A stretch of 64,000 nt of DNA from Myxococcota bacterium (GTDB lineage Bacteria > Myxococcota_A > UBA9160 > JAFDDA01): contig OZ245817.1 of the NCBI GenBank assembly GCA_965228475.1, forward strand, positions 1,536,001 to 1,600,000. Direction: 5' to 3'. This document shows, in pieces, positions 45,659 through 55,700 of the stretch. The notes below the pieces were generated by a model, which made no database searches, was not told the DNA's origin, and saw nothing but the letters and a program-made list of their open reading frames with translations. Position numbers and translations under genes: made by a program. The first letter of the stretch is position 1. Every line of letters begins with the position of its first letter.

Positions 45659-45838
45659 AGACCCCGGCCTGCGGTGAGCGAGGCATTTTTGCCCCGTCCT
45701 CGCCGGGGGCAGCGCCGAAGGCTGGCGGCTACCCTCGCGGCATCGTCGAGCCGCAGGTCGCGGCATCGTCAAGAACCGCAGCTCGGGCGCCGAGAAAGCC
45801 CTGATGCCTGCGCTCGAAGACGGCAGCCTGGGGGGCAC

Positions 45839-47242
45839 GTGAGTTCCGGAGATCAGTTCGACGTCGTCGTCATCGGCTCCGGGCCGGGGGGCTACGTCTG
45901 CGCCATCCGCGGTGCCCAGCTCGGCATGAAGGTCGCGGTCGTCGAGGCCGATCGGCCCGGCGGGGTCTGCCTGAACTGGGGCTGCATCCCGAGCAAGGCC
46001 CTGCTGACGGGCGCCGAACTCGTCGAGAACCTGCGCAAGCACGGCGAGATGTTCGGCGTGAAGGCAGGCCAGCTCGAACTCGACTACGGCAAGGTCGTCG
46101 AGCACAGCCGGAAGTGCGCGGAGCGCCTCGGCAAGGGCGTCCTCGGCCTGCTCAAGAAGAACCAGATCGAGTTCGTGAAGGGTCGCGGCCGCCTGGCGGG
46201 GCCGAACACGGTCGAGGTCGACGGCGAAACACAGCGCACGCTCTCCGCGGGGCACGTCGTCCTCGCGACGGGCTCCGAGGAGCTCGTCTTCCCGGGCATC
46301 GAGGTCGACGGCGAGTCCGTCCTGACCTCGCGCGAAGCGCTCGAGAGCAAGCGGGTTCCCGAGCGCCTCGTGATCATCGGCGCCGGCGCCGTGGGCGCGG
46401 AGTTCGCCTACGTGTACGCGAACTACGGCTCCGAGGTGACGATCCTCGAGATGGCCGACCAGATGCTCCCGGGGGCGGACCCGGAGATCGCCCAGGCGCT
46501 CCAGCGCGAGTTCCGCCGCAAGAAGATCGACGTCCAGCTCGGCACGCGCTTCGAGCGCGTGAAGAAGGTGAACGGCGGCGTGAAGATCGACGTCACGCGC
46601 GGCGAGGAGTCCGGCGAGATCGAAGCCGATCAGCTGCTCGTGGCGGTGGGGCGCAAGCCGCTCTCGGGCGACCTCGGCCTCGAAGGGGTCGGGATCGAGC
46701 TCGACGAACGCGGCTTCATTCCGACGGGCGCGGAGCTCCGCACTTCGGTGGAGACCGTGCTCGCCATCGGGGACGTCAACGGCGGCGCGCTGCTGGCCCA
46801 CAAGGCCTCGGAGGAGGGCGTCGCGGCGATGGAGTTCCTGGCGGGTGTGGAGCGTCCGCCGCTCGACCATGCCGCGATCCCCGGCTGCATCTACTGCCAG
46901 CCCCAGGTCGCCTGGGTCGGGAAGACCGAGGCCCAGGCCCGCGAGGCCTACGGCGACGACGTCCGCGTGGGCAAGTTCCCGTTCACCGCTTCCGGGAAGG
47001 CCATCGCCTCGGGGCACACGGCGGGGTTCGCGAAGATCATCGCCGAACCGCGCTACAACGAGATCGTCGGGGCCCACATCGTGGGTCACGGCGCGACGGA
47101 TCTCATCGCCGAGATCGGTCTCGCGATGACGCTCGAATCGACCACGTCGGAGATCGCGGCGACGGTCCATGCTCACCCGACGCTGTCCGAGGCCATCCTC
47201 GAGGCGGCGCTCGCGGCCGAAGGCCGCGCGATCAACTTCTAG
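45839..47242 (+). CDS. lpdA: Dihydrolipoyl dehydrogenase (E3)
   Basis: IGSGPGG, GGVCLNWGCIPSK, HAHPTLSEA. Confidence 0.95.
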   Translation: MSSGDQFDVVVIGSGPGGYVCAIRGAQLGMKVAVVEADRPGGVCLNWGCIPSKALLTGAELVENLRKHGEMFGVKAGQLELDYGKVVEHSRKCAERLGKGVLGLLKKNQIEFVKGRGRLAGPNTVEVDGETQRTLSAGHVVLATGSEELVFPGIEVDGESVLTSREALESKRVPERLVIIGAGAVGAEFAYVYANYGSEVTILEMADQMLPGADPEIAQALQREFRRKKIDVQLGTRFERVKKVNGGVKIDVTRGEESGEIEADQLLVAVGRKPLSGDLGLEGVGIELDERGFIPTGAELRTSVETVLAIGDVNGGALLAHKASEEGVAAMEFLAGVERPPLDHAAIPGCIYCQPQVAWVGKTEAQAREAYGDDVRVGKFPFTASGKAIASGHTAGFAKIIAEPRYNEIVGAHIVGHGATDLIAEIGLAMTLESTTSEIAATVHAHPTLSEAILEAALAAEGRAINF

Positions 47243-47260
47243 CGAGGAGTCCACGGATCC

Positions 47261-48517
47261 ATGTCCACTGACGTCGAGCTGCCGGAGCTGGGGGAAAGCG
47301 TCGTCGAGGCCACCATCGGCCAATGGCTGGTGAAGGAGGGCGACTCGGTCGAGATCGACCAGCCGCTGGTCGAGGTGACGACGGACAAGGCCGACGCCGA
47401 GCTGCCGTCGCCGGTGGCGGGCGTGGTCGAGCAGATCCTCGTCTCCGAAGGGGAGACGGTCGCCGTCGGCACCGTGGTCGCGAAGATCGGCGCGGGTGCC
47501 GGCGCTGGCGCCGCGAAGTCCGCGCCGAAGGCCCCGCCCGCGGCAGAGGCCAAGGCTGCGCCCGAGGCGAAGGCGCCCCCGGCCGACGATGGGCCGCGCG
47601 CCACGCCGGTCGCGAAGAAGATGGCGAAGGAGCAGGGCGTCGATCTCGGAAGCGTGGAGGGGACGGGCGTCTCCGGCCGCGTGACCAAGGACGACGTCGC
47701 CAAGCGGGGCGCCGCGCCCGCGCCGCAGCCCACGCCGGCTGCGCCCGCGGCCAAGCGGCCCGCAGCGCCGGCCGCCCCGACGGAGCTCCCGGCCTACATG
47801 ACCTACCGCCTCCAGGAGGGGGACAAGGTCGTTCCGATGTCGCCGCTCCGGCGGATCGTCTCCGAGCACATGGTGCTCTCGAAGCGCACGAGCCCGCACG
47901 TCGGCACGGTCGCCGAGATCGACATGGGCGCGGTCTTCGCCCTGCGCGAAGCCCACAAGAAGGGCTTCAAGGCGAAGAACGGCTACTCGCTTACGTACCT
48001 GCCGTTCATCGTGGCGGCGACGGTGAAGGCGCTCCAGGAGTTCCCGGCGCTGAACGCCTCGGTGGTGGAGGACGCCATCGTCGAGCGGGCCGACATCAAC
48101 ATCGGCGTCGCCGTCGAGACCGAGAAGGGGCTCGTCGTGCCGGTGGTGCGGAACGCCGAGCGGCTCTCGCTCACGGGCCTCGCGGCTTCGATCGAAGACC
48201 TCTCGAGCCGTGCCCGGAACAAGAAGATCTCGCCCGACGAGCTGCGCGGTGGGAGCTTCACGATCTCGAACCCGGGCCGGAAGGGGAATCTCTACGGCTT
48301 CGCGATCATCAACCAGCCCCAGGTCGGCATCCTGCGCATGGGGGAGATGGTGAAGCGGCCCGTCGTGCGGGAATCCGAGGGCAGCGATGCCATCGTGATT
48401 CGCCCGATGATGCACCTGGCCCTGTCCTACGACCACCGGGCCGTGGACGGTTCGCCGGCGAACGGGTTCCTCTTCCGCATCCGCGAGCTGCTCGAGGAAG
48501 CCGACTTCGACCTCTAG
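47261..48517 (+). CDS. 2-oxoacid dehydrogenase E2 (SucB/DlaT-like), one lipoyl domain
   Basis: TDKAD lipoyl-Lys, E3-binding domain ATPVAKKMAKEQGVDL, SYDHRAVDG. Confidence 0.93.
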   Translation: MSTDVELPELGESVVEATIGQWLVKEGDSVEIDQPLVEVTTDKADAELPSPVAGVVEQILVSEGETVAVGTVVAKIGAGAGAGAAKSAPKAPPAAEAKAAPEAKAPPADDGPRATPVAKKMAKEQGVDLGSVEGTGVSGRVTKDDVAKRGAAPAPQPTPAAPAAKRPAAPAAPTELPAYMTYRLQEGDKVVPMSPLRRIVSEHMVLSKRTSPHVGTVAEIDMGAVFALREAHKKGFKAKNGYSLTYLPFIVAATVKALQEFPALNASVVEDAIVERADINIGVAVETEKGLVVPVVRNAERLSLTGLAASIEDLSSRARNKKISPDELRGGSFTISNPGRKGNLYGFAIINQPQVGILRMGEMVKRPVVRESEGSDAIVIRPMMHLALSYDHRAVDGSPANGFLFRIRELLEEADFDL

Positions 48518-48530
48518 GGAGCGCGCCCGC

Positions 48531-49259
48531 ATGGAAACGGCGCCTCGCACGCCGGCCTCCGAGGCCTCATCCGCCGGTACGCCGGCGCTGGCCGTCGAGT
48601 GGCTGGGGACCGTGCCCTACGAACGCGCCCTCACGCTGCAGAAGGAGCGGGTGGCGGCGCGCCGTGCCGGCGCCTGCGGCGATGCGCTGCTGCTGCTCGA
48701 ACACCCGCCCGTCGTCACCCTCGGCCGGAGCACGAAGCCCGGGAGCCTGGTCGATTCACCGGACGGGCTGCGCGCCCGGGGGATCGAGGTCCACGAGGTC
48801 GCGCGCGGGGGTGACGTCACCTGGCACGGGCCGGGGCAGCTCGTCGGCTACCTGGTGCTCGACCTCGACGCCCGGGGCGAGCGCGACGTCCACCGCCATC
48901 TGCGGCGCATCGAGGCGCTCCTGATCGACGCGCTGGCGGCGCTCGGTGTCCCGGGCGATCGGCGCGAGGGGATGACCGGGGTGTTCGTCGCGGGCTCCGG
49001 GCGGCCGCGCAAGATCGCCTCGATCGGTGTCGGGCTGCGGGGCTGGGTCACCTATCACGGCTTCGCGTTGAACGTCGAACTCGGGCCGGACGCCTTCGCC
49101 GGCATCGTTCCCTGTGGGTTGCACGGCGTCGAGATGACGTCGGTCGCCGCCGAACGGGGAGGGGCGCCCGGCTCGGGCGGGGGTCTCGCGGAGCGGGTGC
49201 GGGCCGAAGTCGGCCGGGCGGCGAGGCGTCTGCTCGAAGTGGGGGCGTCCATCGGCTAG
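48531..49259 (+). CDS. lipB: Octanoyltransferase
   Basis: LLEHPPVVTLG, RGGDVTWHGPGQLVGY, KIASIG, HGFALN, IVPCG. Confidence 0.95.
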   Translation: METAPRTPASEASSAGTPALAVEWLGTVPYERALTLQKERVAARRAGACGDALLLLEHPPVVTLGRSTKPGSLVDSPDGLRARGIEVHEVARGGDVTWHGPGQLVGYLVLDLDARGERDVHRHLRRIEALLIDALAALGVPGDRREGMTGVFVAGSGRPRKIASIGVGLRGWVTYHGFALNVELGPDAFAGIVPCGLHGVEMTSVAAERGGAPGSGGGLAERVRAEVGRAARRLLEVGASIG

Positions 49260-49270
49260 CTTGCGCTCCG

Positions 49271-49843
49271 ATGCCCGGCCGCGTCATCAAAGTCGATCGC
49301 CACGAGAAGCTCGGCTGGCTCGAGCGCCTCTACCTGCCCATGATCGTGGCCGGTCTCGCAACGACGGCCCGCCACTTCTTCGCGAACCTTCGCGGCTTCG
49401 CCACCGGGAACCGGACGACCTTCGTCGTTCAGTACCCCGAGGAGCAGGTCGACTTCCCGGATGCCTTCCGCGGGCAGCCGGTCCTGGTCGAACTGCCGAA
49501 TGGCCAGCCGCGCTGCGTCGCCTGCGGCCTGTGCGAGTTCGCCTGCCCGACGGATTGCATCACGATCGTGCCGGGGGAGCTCGAGGGGCACGGGATCGAG
49601 CGCTACCCGGTCCGCTTCGACATCGACATGTCCCGGTGCATGTTCTGCGGGCTCTGCGAGGAGGCCTGCCCCGAGGAGGCGATCGTGATGAGCCGGCGCG
49701 TCGAGCTCGCGACCTTCGACCGCCCGGGCATGATCCACGACAAGAAGGCGCTGCTCGTTCCGGAGGCGGAGCTCGACCGTCGCCTCACCTTCCTCCGGGA
49801 CGAGTACGACCGCGAGCACCAGCCGGCCGAGGGCGACCGCTGA
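49271..49843 (+). CDS. nuoI: NADH-quinone oxidoreductase subunit I
   Basis: QYPEE, CVACGLCEFACP, CMFCGLCEEACP. Confidence 0.93.
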   Translation: MPGRVIKVDRHEKLGWLERLYLPMIVAGLATTARHFFANLRGFATGNRTTFVVQYPEEQVDFPDAFRGQPVLVELPNGQPRCVACGLCEFACPTDCITIVPGELEGHGIERYPVRFDIDMSRCMFCGLCEEACPEEAIVMSRRVELATFDRPGMIHDKKALLVPEAELDRRLTFLRDEYDREHQPAEGDR

Positions 49844-50343
49844 TGGAGGACTTCGGCTTCCTCTCCTTGAGGCGCCTCGTCGAGGCCCACCGCGAGGCGC
49901 TCGAAGCGACCCACGCCCAGCTCGGCGACGCGACCGCGATTGTCGCGGCGGGTCAGGTGGTCGAGGTCCTGCGCTTCCTGCGCGACGACGGCGAGTGCGA
50001 CTTCGACATGCTGATGGATCTCTGCGCCGTCGATCACTTCGGCCCGGAGCTCGGCGAAGCGCCTCGTTTCGAGGTCGTCTACCACCTGTATTCGCTCGGC
50101 AAGAACCATCGCCTGCGCGTGAAGGCGCGGGTTCCCGAGAGCCCGTGCGAGATCGCGACCGTGTCGGACCTCTGGCCCTCGGCGAACTGGATGGAGCGCG
50201 AGGTCTGGGACCTCTACGGAATCCGCTTCACCGGCCATCCGGATCTGCGCCGCCTGCTCCTCTACGAAGAGTTCGACGGCCACCCGCTCCGCAAGGACTA
50301 CCCGAAGACGAAGCGCCAGCCGCTCGTCGGGCCGCAGAACTGA
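49843..50343 (+). CDS. nuoC: NADH-quinone oxidoreductase subunit C
   Basis: RFEVVYHLYS, ANWMEREVWDLYGI, GHPLRKDYP; TGATG overlap. Confidence 0.94.
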   Translation: MEDFGFLSLRRLVEAHREALEATHAQLGDATAIVAAGQVVEVLRFLRDDGECDFDMLMDLCAVDHFGPELGEAPRFEVVYHLYSLGKNHRLRVKARVPESPCEIATVSDLWPSANWMEREVWDLYGIRFTGHPDLRRLLLYEEFDGHPLRKDYPKTKRQPLVGPQN

Positions 50344-51590
50344 TGGCGAGCGAACCCGTCCGCTTCACCGAGCGCGCGCGCGAAGGCCCCGAGGACGACC
50401 TCGAGCGCGATCTCCACACCGAACACCAGATCCTGAACATGGGCCCGTCGCACCCAGCCACCCACGGCACGGTCAAGTTCATGGTGGAGCTCGACGGCGA
50501 GACGGTGATCGACATCGACGTGCAGGTTGGGTACCTGCACCGCGGCTTCGAGAAGGAGTGCGAATCCGGGAGCTGGTACCAGGCGATTCCCTACACGGAC
50601 CGGCTGAACTACAACTCCTCGATCCTGGCGAACCTCGGCTACTGCCTGGCGGTCGAGAAGCTCCTCGGAATCGAGACCCCCGAGCGCTGCCAGTGGCTGC
50701 GCGTGCTCTCGAGCGAGCTTTCGCGGGTCGCCGACCACCTGACGCGCTGCGGGGCGGCCTGCCTCGAGATGATGGCCATGACGCCCTTCATCTACGGGAT
50801 CGAGGCGCGCGAGCGGGTCTGGGATCTGCTCGAGATGCTGTGCGGGGCCCGGCTGACGTCGAACTACATCCGCATCGGCGGCGTGAAGCACGGCATGCCG
50901 AAGGACTTCCCGCGCATCGCGCGCAGCAACATCGAGAAGGTTCGTGAGCTGCTGGCCGACTTCGACGGCGTGGTCACGCGCAACCGGATCTTCGTCGACC
51001 GGCTGAAGAACACGGGCACGATCTCGAAGGAGGACTGCATCCGCTACGCCGTGACGGGCCCGCTCCTGCGCGCCGCCGGCGTGCCGCTCGACGTCCGCAA
51101 GGACGAGCCCTACCTGACCTACGACCAGATCGACTTCGACGTGCCGATCGGCGAAGTGGGCGACAACTACGATCGCTACCTCGTGTGTGTCGAGGAGATG
51201 CACCAGAGCCTGCGCATCGTGGAGCAATGCCTCGAGCGCCTGGAGGACCTGGGCGACGGCCCGGTCAACGTCGACGATCCGCGCGTGCGCTGGCCGGCGA
51301 AGGGCCGCGTCTTCAATCACATGGAAGAGCTGATCCAGCAGTTCAAGTCCGTGACGGAGGGGCCGCGAGTGCCGGCGGGGGAGGGCTATCTCGCCATCGA
51401 GTCCGCGAACGGCGAACTCGGCTTCTATCTCGTTTCCGACGGTTCCGCCGTCCCGAAGAAGGTCCGCTGCCGCCCGCCGAGCCTGATCAACCTGGCGCCG
51501 CTGCCCTTGATGGTTCGGGGCGGGCTGCTCGCCGACATCATTCCGACCTTCGACTTCGTGAACATGATCGGCGGGGAGTGCGACCGCTGA
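50343..51590 (+). CDS. nuoD: NADH-quinone oxidoreductase subunit D
   Basis: NMGPSHPATHG, GYLHRGFEK, DRLNY, GECDR C-terminus; no Ni-binding CxxC. Confidence 0.94.
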   Translation: MASEPVRFTERAREGPEDDLERDLHTEHQILNMGPSHPATHGTVKFMVELDGETVIDIDVQVGYLHRGFEKECESGSWYQAIPYTDRLNYNSSILANLGYCLAVEKLLGIETPERCQWLRVLSSELSRVADHLTRCGAACLEMMAMTPFIYGIEARERVWDLLEMLCGARLTSNYIRIGGVKHGMPKDFPRIARSNIEKVRELLADFDGVVTRNRIFVDRLKNTGTISKEDCIRYAVTGPLLRAAGVPLDVRKDEPYLTYDQIDFDVPIGEVGDNYDRYLVCVEEMHQSLRIVEQCLERLEDLGDGPVNVDDPRVRWPAKGRVFNHMEELIQQFKSVTEGPRVPAGEGYLAIESANGELGFYLVSDGSAVPKKVRCRPPSLINLAPLPLMVRGGLLADIIPTFDFVNMIGGECDR

Positions 51591-51835
51591 TGGCCGGCGC
51601 GCCCACGCGCGAATCGGTCTGGCGCCAGCTCGGTGCGCCGACGGACCAGCTCGGCTCCGTGAACGACCCGCGGACCCGCACGGAGCACGGCGTCGCCTGG
51701 AACGAAAAGTGGGTCTATCGCTCGCAGGCGGGCGAGGGCGTCGAGCGCGTGGTGCTCTGGAACCGCTACGACTTCCTCGGCGCCTTCCGCGTCGCTCCGG
51801 ACGGGTCGGTCGAACCCGAAGCCCTCGACGGCTAG
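51590..51835 (+). CDS. Small hypothetical protein coupled to nuoD
   Basis: TGATG overlap; LGAP...EKWVY pattern reminiscent of SmpA/BamE-like folds, no signal peptide. Confidence 0.65.
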   Translation: MAGAPTRESVWRQLGAPTDQLGSVNDPRTRTEHGVAWNEKWVYRSQAGEGVERVVLWNRYDFLGAFRVAPDGSVEPEALDG

Positions 51836-51837
51836 CG

Positions 51838-52305
51838 GTGCCGGGCCCGCCTCCGCTCCGCCCCTTCGGCCTCGTCCTGCACCACGACGGATCCTGGACC
51901 CACGAAGGCCAGCCGATCCGCCACCGCCGCATGCGCGAACACTTCGACCGGCATGTGCGCTATCTGCCCGAAGAGGAGAAGTACGTCGTCTTCCTGCGCC
52001 ACTTTCGCGGGCAGATCGAAGTCGAGGAGGCTGCCTTCTTCGTCATCGACTTCGAGCCCGAAGGGGCCGAGCTCGTCCTCTCCGACGGGACGCGAGAGGC
52101 GCTCGACGTCTCGAGTCTCCACCCCTCGCCGATCGACGGCGTCTGGCTCTGCCGCGTGAAGCGCGACCTCGCACCCGAGGGGTTGCTCGCGCGCTTCGAA
52201 CGCTTCGCCCAGGAGCGCGTGATGCAGGGGGCGGTGGAAGAGGGTGGGCGGATCGGGCTCGTCGGCGCGAAGGGCTTCGAGCCCTTCCCCGAGGGCCTCG
52301 AGTAG
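51838..52305 (+). CDS. DUF1285-like protein
   Basis: DGSWTHEGQPI, IEVEEAAFFV, LVLSDG, CRVK...LARFER. Confidence 0.65.
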   Translation: MPGPPPLRPFGLVLHHDGSWTHEGQPIRHRRMREHFDRHVRYLPEEEKYVVFLRHFRGQIEVEEAAFFVIDFEPEGAELVLSDGTREALDVSSLHPSPIDGVWLCRVKRDLAPEGLLARFERFAQERVMQGAVEEGGRIGLVGAKGFEPFPEGLE

Positions 52306-52309
52306 CCGT

Positions 52310-52684
52310 TCAGCCGGCGACCTCGCGGCCGAAGGCGAGCCCGGCGCCCACCCCGGCCAGGCCCCCCGCCACGCTTGCGAACACGTAGAGCGCCGCCGGA
52401 ACCCACGCGCCCCGCGTGAGCAGGTCCATCGTCTCGAGGCCGAACGCGGAGAACGTGGTGAAGCCACCGAGCAGGCCGGTGATGACGAAGGCGCGCAGGG
52501 CCGGGGGCGTGTGTTCGAGGCTCAGCCAGGCCGAGACCAGGCCGATCGCGATACAGCCGATCCAATTGACCGCGAGCGTGCCCCAGGGAAAGCCCTCGCC
52601 GGCCTGGGTCAGGAAGGCCCGCGCGACCGCAAAACGAGCGAGCGCACCCAGTCCCCCTCCGACGAACACCGCCAACCAATGCAT
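52310..52684 (-). CDS. crcB: Fluoride channel Fluc/CrcB
   Basis: GGGLGALARF, FPWGTLAVN, GLLGGFTTFSAF. Confidence 0.95.
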   Translation of the reverse strand: MHWLAVFVGGGLGALARFAVARAFLTQAGEGFPWGTLAVNWIGCIAIGLVSAWLSLEHTPPALRAFVITGLLGGFTTFSAFGLETMDLLTRGAWVPAALYVFASVAGGLAGVGAGLAFGREVAG

Positions 52685-52785
52685 GACCGAGTGTTACCGA
52701 GCCGTGGACGGACTCCGCAAGCCGGAGCCGCTCCCGCGTGCTCCGGCTCCGAGCGCGTGTGGTAGGTTCGAATTTCGTTCCGACC

Positions 52786-55700
52786 ATGTCGAACCCGAGC
52801 ACTTCGCCTCCGCTGTTCTCGAGCCCGTCGCGGCGCCGGACCCTGGCCCTCGCGGAGGAGCTGGTGAACGTCCCGCTGACGACCGTCGTGGCGCCGGGGG
52901 GCAGCGGGAAGACGACGCTCCTCTCGGCCTGGCGCGCGGCCCTGGCCGCGAATACGCGCCAGGTCTGGCTCGATGCTTCGACGATCCACGGCGACGTCGG
53001 AACCTTCGTCGACGATCTGCTCCACGGCCTGCAGGCCGCGCTGCGGGGCGCCCCGTTCGGCCGGGAGACGACGCGGATCCTCTCGAACCTGACCGGGGGC
53101 GAGGACGACTGGCGGATCCTGCACCGCGCCTTCCTGCGCGACTGGCTCGGCGTCGAGGGGGAGACCGTGGTCTTCCTCGACAACTTCCACAACGTCCCGG
53201 CGGGATCCCCCGCCGACCGGTGGGTTTCCGAGATGCTGCGGAGCCAGCCGGCCAACCTGCACTGGGTCGTGTCGTCGCGCGGCACGCTCCCCGGCGCGGC
53301 GGTTCGCCTGGCCGCGGGCGGGCTCGTTCACGAGGTCGGCTTCGACGACCTGAACCTGCGCTTCGAAGAAGCGAAGGCGCTGCTCGAATCGCGCGGGATC
53401 GAGGCGGACGACGCGCTCGTGACGACGCTCCTCGGGCGAACCGAGGGCTGGGTGACCGGGCTGCAGCTCGCGGCCCGCGTGCTCCAGCGCGTGGACCCCG
53501 ACGAGCGCCGCGCCTACGCCGAGCGGATCGGCCGGGAGCGGGACCTCTTCCACTACATCGCGGCCGAGCTGCTGGCCGGCGAGAGCGAGGAGCAGATCCA
53601 GCTCCTCGAGCGCGCCGCGGTCCTCGGGCGCGCATCGCCGGAGACGCTCGGCCAGCTCCTGGATCCTCCCGGGGGCCTCGACCGGATCGAGCACGCGATC
53701 GATCACGGACTCCTGCTCGGCGACGGCAACGAGGTCTGGCCCCATCAGCTCTGGCAGGAGTTCCTGCGCGAACGGCTGAAGGCCCGGCTCTCTCCGCAAG
53801 AGCACCGCGCGCTGCACGGGCGCGCCGCGCGGCTGTTGGCCGAGCAGGGGAGGGTCGAAGCGGCCCTCGAGGCCTATCGGGAATCCGAAGACTGGCAGTC
53901 GATCGCGTTCCTTCTCCACGAGGTCGGCCACGAATGGCTCGATCGTGGTCGCGCCCGGGGCGTCCAGCGCTGGCTCGAGGCCCTTCCCGGAGAGGTTCGG
54001 GAGTCGGAGCCGCGACTGCTCGAGATGCAGGGGCTGCTCCTTCTCGAAGCCGACCCGAAGAGCGCAACCCGCTACCTCGAACAGGCGGCTCGCGCCTTCT
54101 CGGAGAGCGGAGACTTGAAGAGCGAGGGCGGTGCCCTCGGCGCACTGACCTACCTCGGCATCACGCGCCTCGACCTCGCGGCGGCGAGACGCTCGTTGCT
54201 GCGGGGCTTCAAGCCCTCCCGGCTGATTTCGGACTCCGGGAAACGGGCGGAGGCCTTCGTCGGCCTCGCGGGTTTTGCCGCGCTCCGCGGCCGCTTCGGT
54301 CGCTCGCTGAAGCTCTCCGAGCGCGCGCTGCGGGCTCCTCTGCCGCCCCTGACGCGCTGGTTCAATCTCCTCAACCTGGGTCTGCTCTACTCCCTCGCGG
54401 GAGACTTCGACCGGGGCCGCACGCTGCTCGACGAAGGCCTCGGCGACCGTGCCGTCTCCCGGCGCGCGTTCGTCTACAACTCGTTGCTGATCGTGAGGGC
54501 GCTGCTCCTCTCGCGCTCCGGAGACCACGCCGCGGCCCGCCGCGACATCGAGGAAGCCCGCCGAGGGATCGAGGACTTTCGCTTCCGGAGCTTCCAGCCG
54601 CCCTGGGCGATGGTGGCCGCCGACGCGCACGCCCTGCGCGGCGATCGCGATGAAAGCGAGCGCGCCTACGCCGACTTCCTCGCCGCCATCGCGAAGGCCG
54701 ACGCCGTTCCGCTCGAGGCCGTGGCCCGGGGCCAGCGCGCGGTGCGTTGCCTCGGCTGGGGGGACGCCGACGGTGCGCGGGCCGAAGCCGAGCGCTGTGC
54801 GCAGCTGCACGAGCGGGGCATCCCGGAGGGCAAGATCGCCTTCCCGTGGTGGATCGCCGTCTCCCTCTGGGTGCTCGGCCGCACCGGCGATGCGAAATCC
54901 GCCTGGGCCCGGCTGGCTCCCTTCCGCCGCGACCTCCGGCCGTCGGGCCTTCCTTTGCTCGAGGCGATGATCGGTCTCACCACCGCCGAGCTCGCACACC
55001 GCGCGGGGGAGGACGCGGAAGCGGCTTCCCTGGCCCGCGACGCCTGGAAGCGGGCGGAGCGCGACGGGGTCCAGCTCGACCCGATGATCTCTCCGCTCGT
55101 GTTGCCCTGGGCCACGGCGGAGGCCTTCCGCCAGGGTGTGGCCGAGGACTTCGCATTCGATGCGCTTCGCCGTCTGTGCCCGGCGGCCGTGCCCGGCGTC
55201 CTCGCGACGCTCGCGAAGGATCGCAACACCTCGGTGCGGATGCGCGCCGTCGAGTGCATGGCGGAGTTCGGCGGCCGCGCGCTGCACGGCCCCCTCGAGC
55301 GCGCGACGCGGGACCGGAACGCCAAGGTGCGCGCGGCCGCCGAGCGTGCGCTGCCGGCCCTCGACCTGCGGCCCGACTTCGCCGTGCGGATCCGCTGCCT
55401 CGGCCGCCTCGTCGTCGAGCGAGACGGAGAGGCCCTTCCGGATTCCGCGTTCCGAGGGAACATGGGCCAGCGCCTGCTCGGGCGCCTGCTCGCGAGCGAA
55501 GGCAGGCCCCTTTCGCGGGACGTCCTCCAGACGGATCTCTGGCCGGAGGCCGACGAGGCCGCGGGAAAGAACAACCTCCGCGTCTCTCTTTCCCGGCTCT
55601 CCGATGCCCTCGACCCCGAGCGTCTGCCCGGTTCGCCCGCCTGGTTCCTTCAGACGGGGGGTGTCGGGGTGGCGCTCGACCTCGATCGTCTGGCGTCCTG

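Noticed and set aside
50343..51590. Group 4 [NiFe]-hydrogenase large subunit
   Set aside because: Lacks both CxxC Ni-binding motifs and has the NuoD quinone-site His/Tyr
52685..52785. Fluoride riboswitch upstream of crcB
   Set aside because: No GGCGAUGG...CUGAUG consensus seen; only a 9-bp GC hairpin (52720-48) of unclear role
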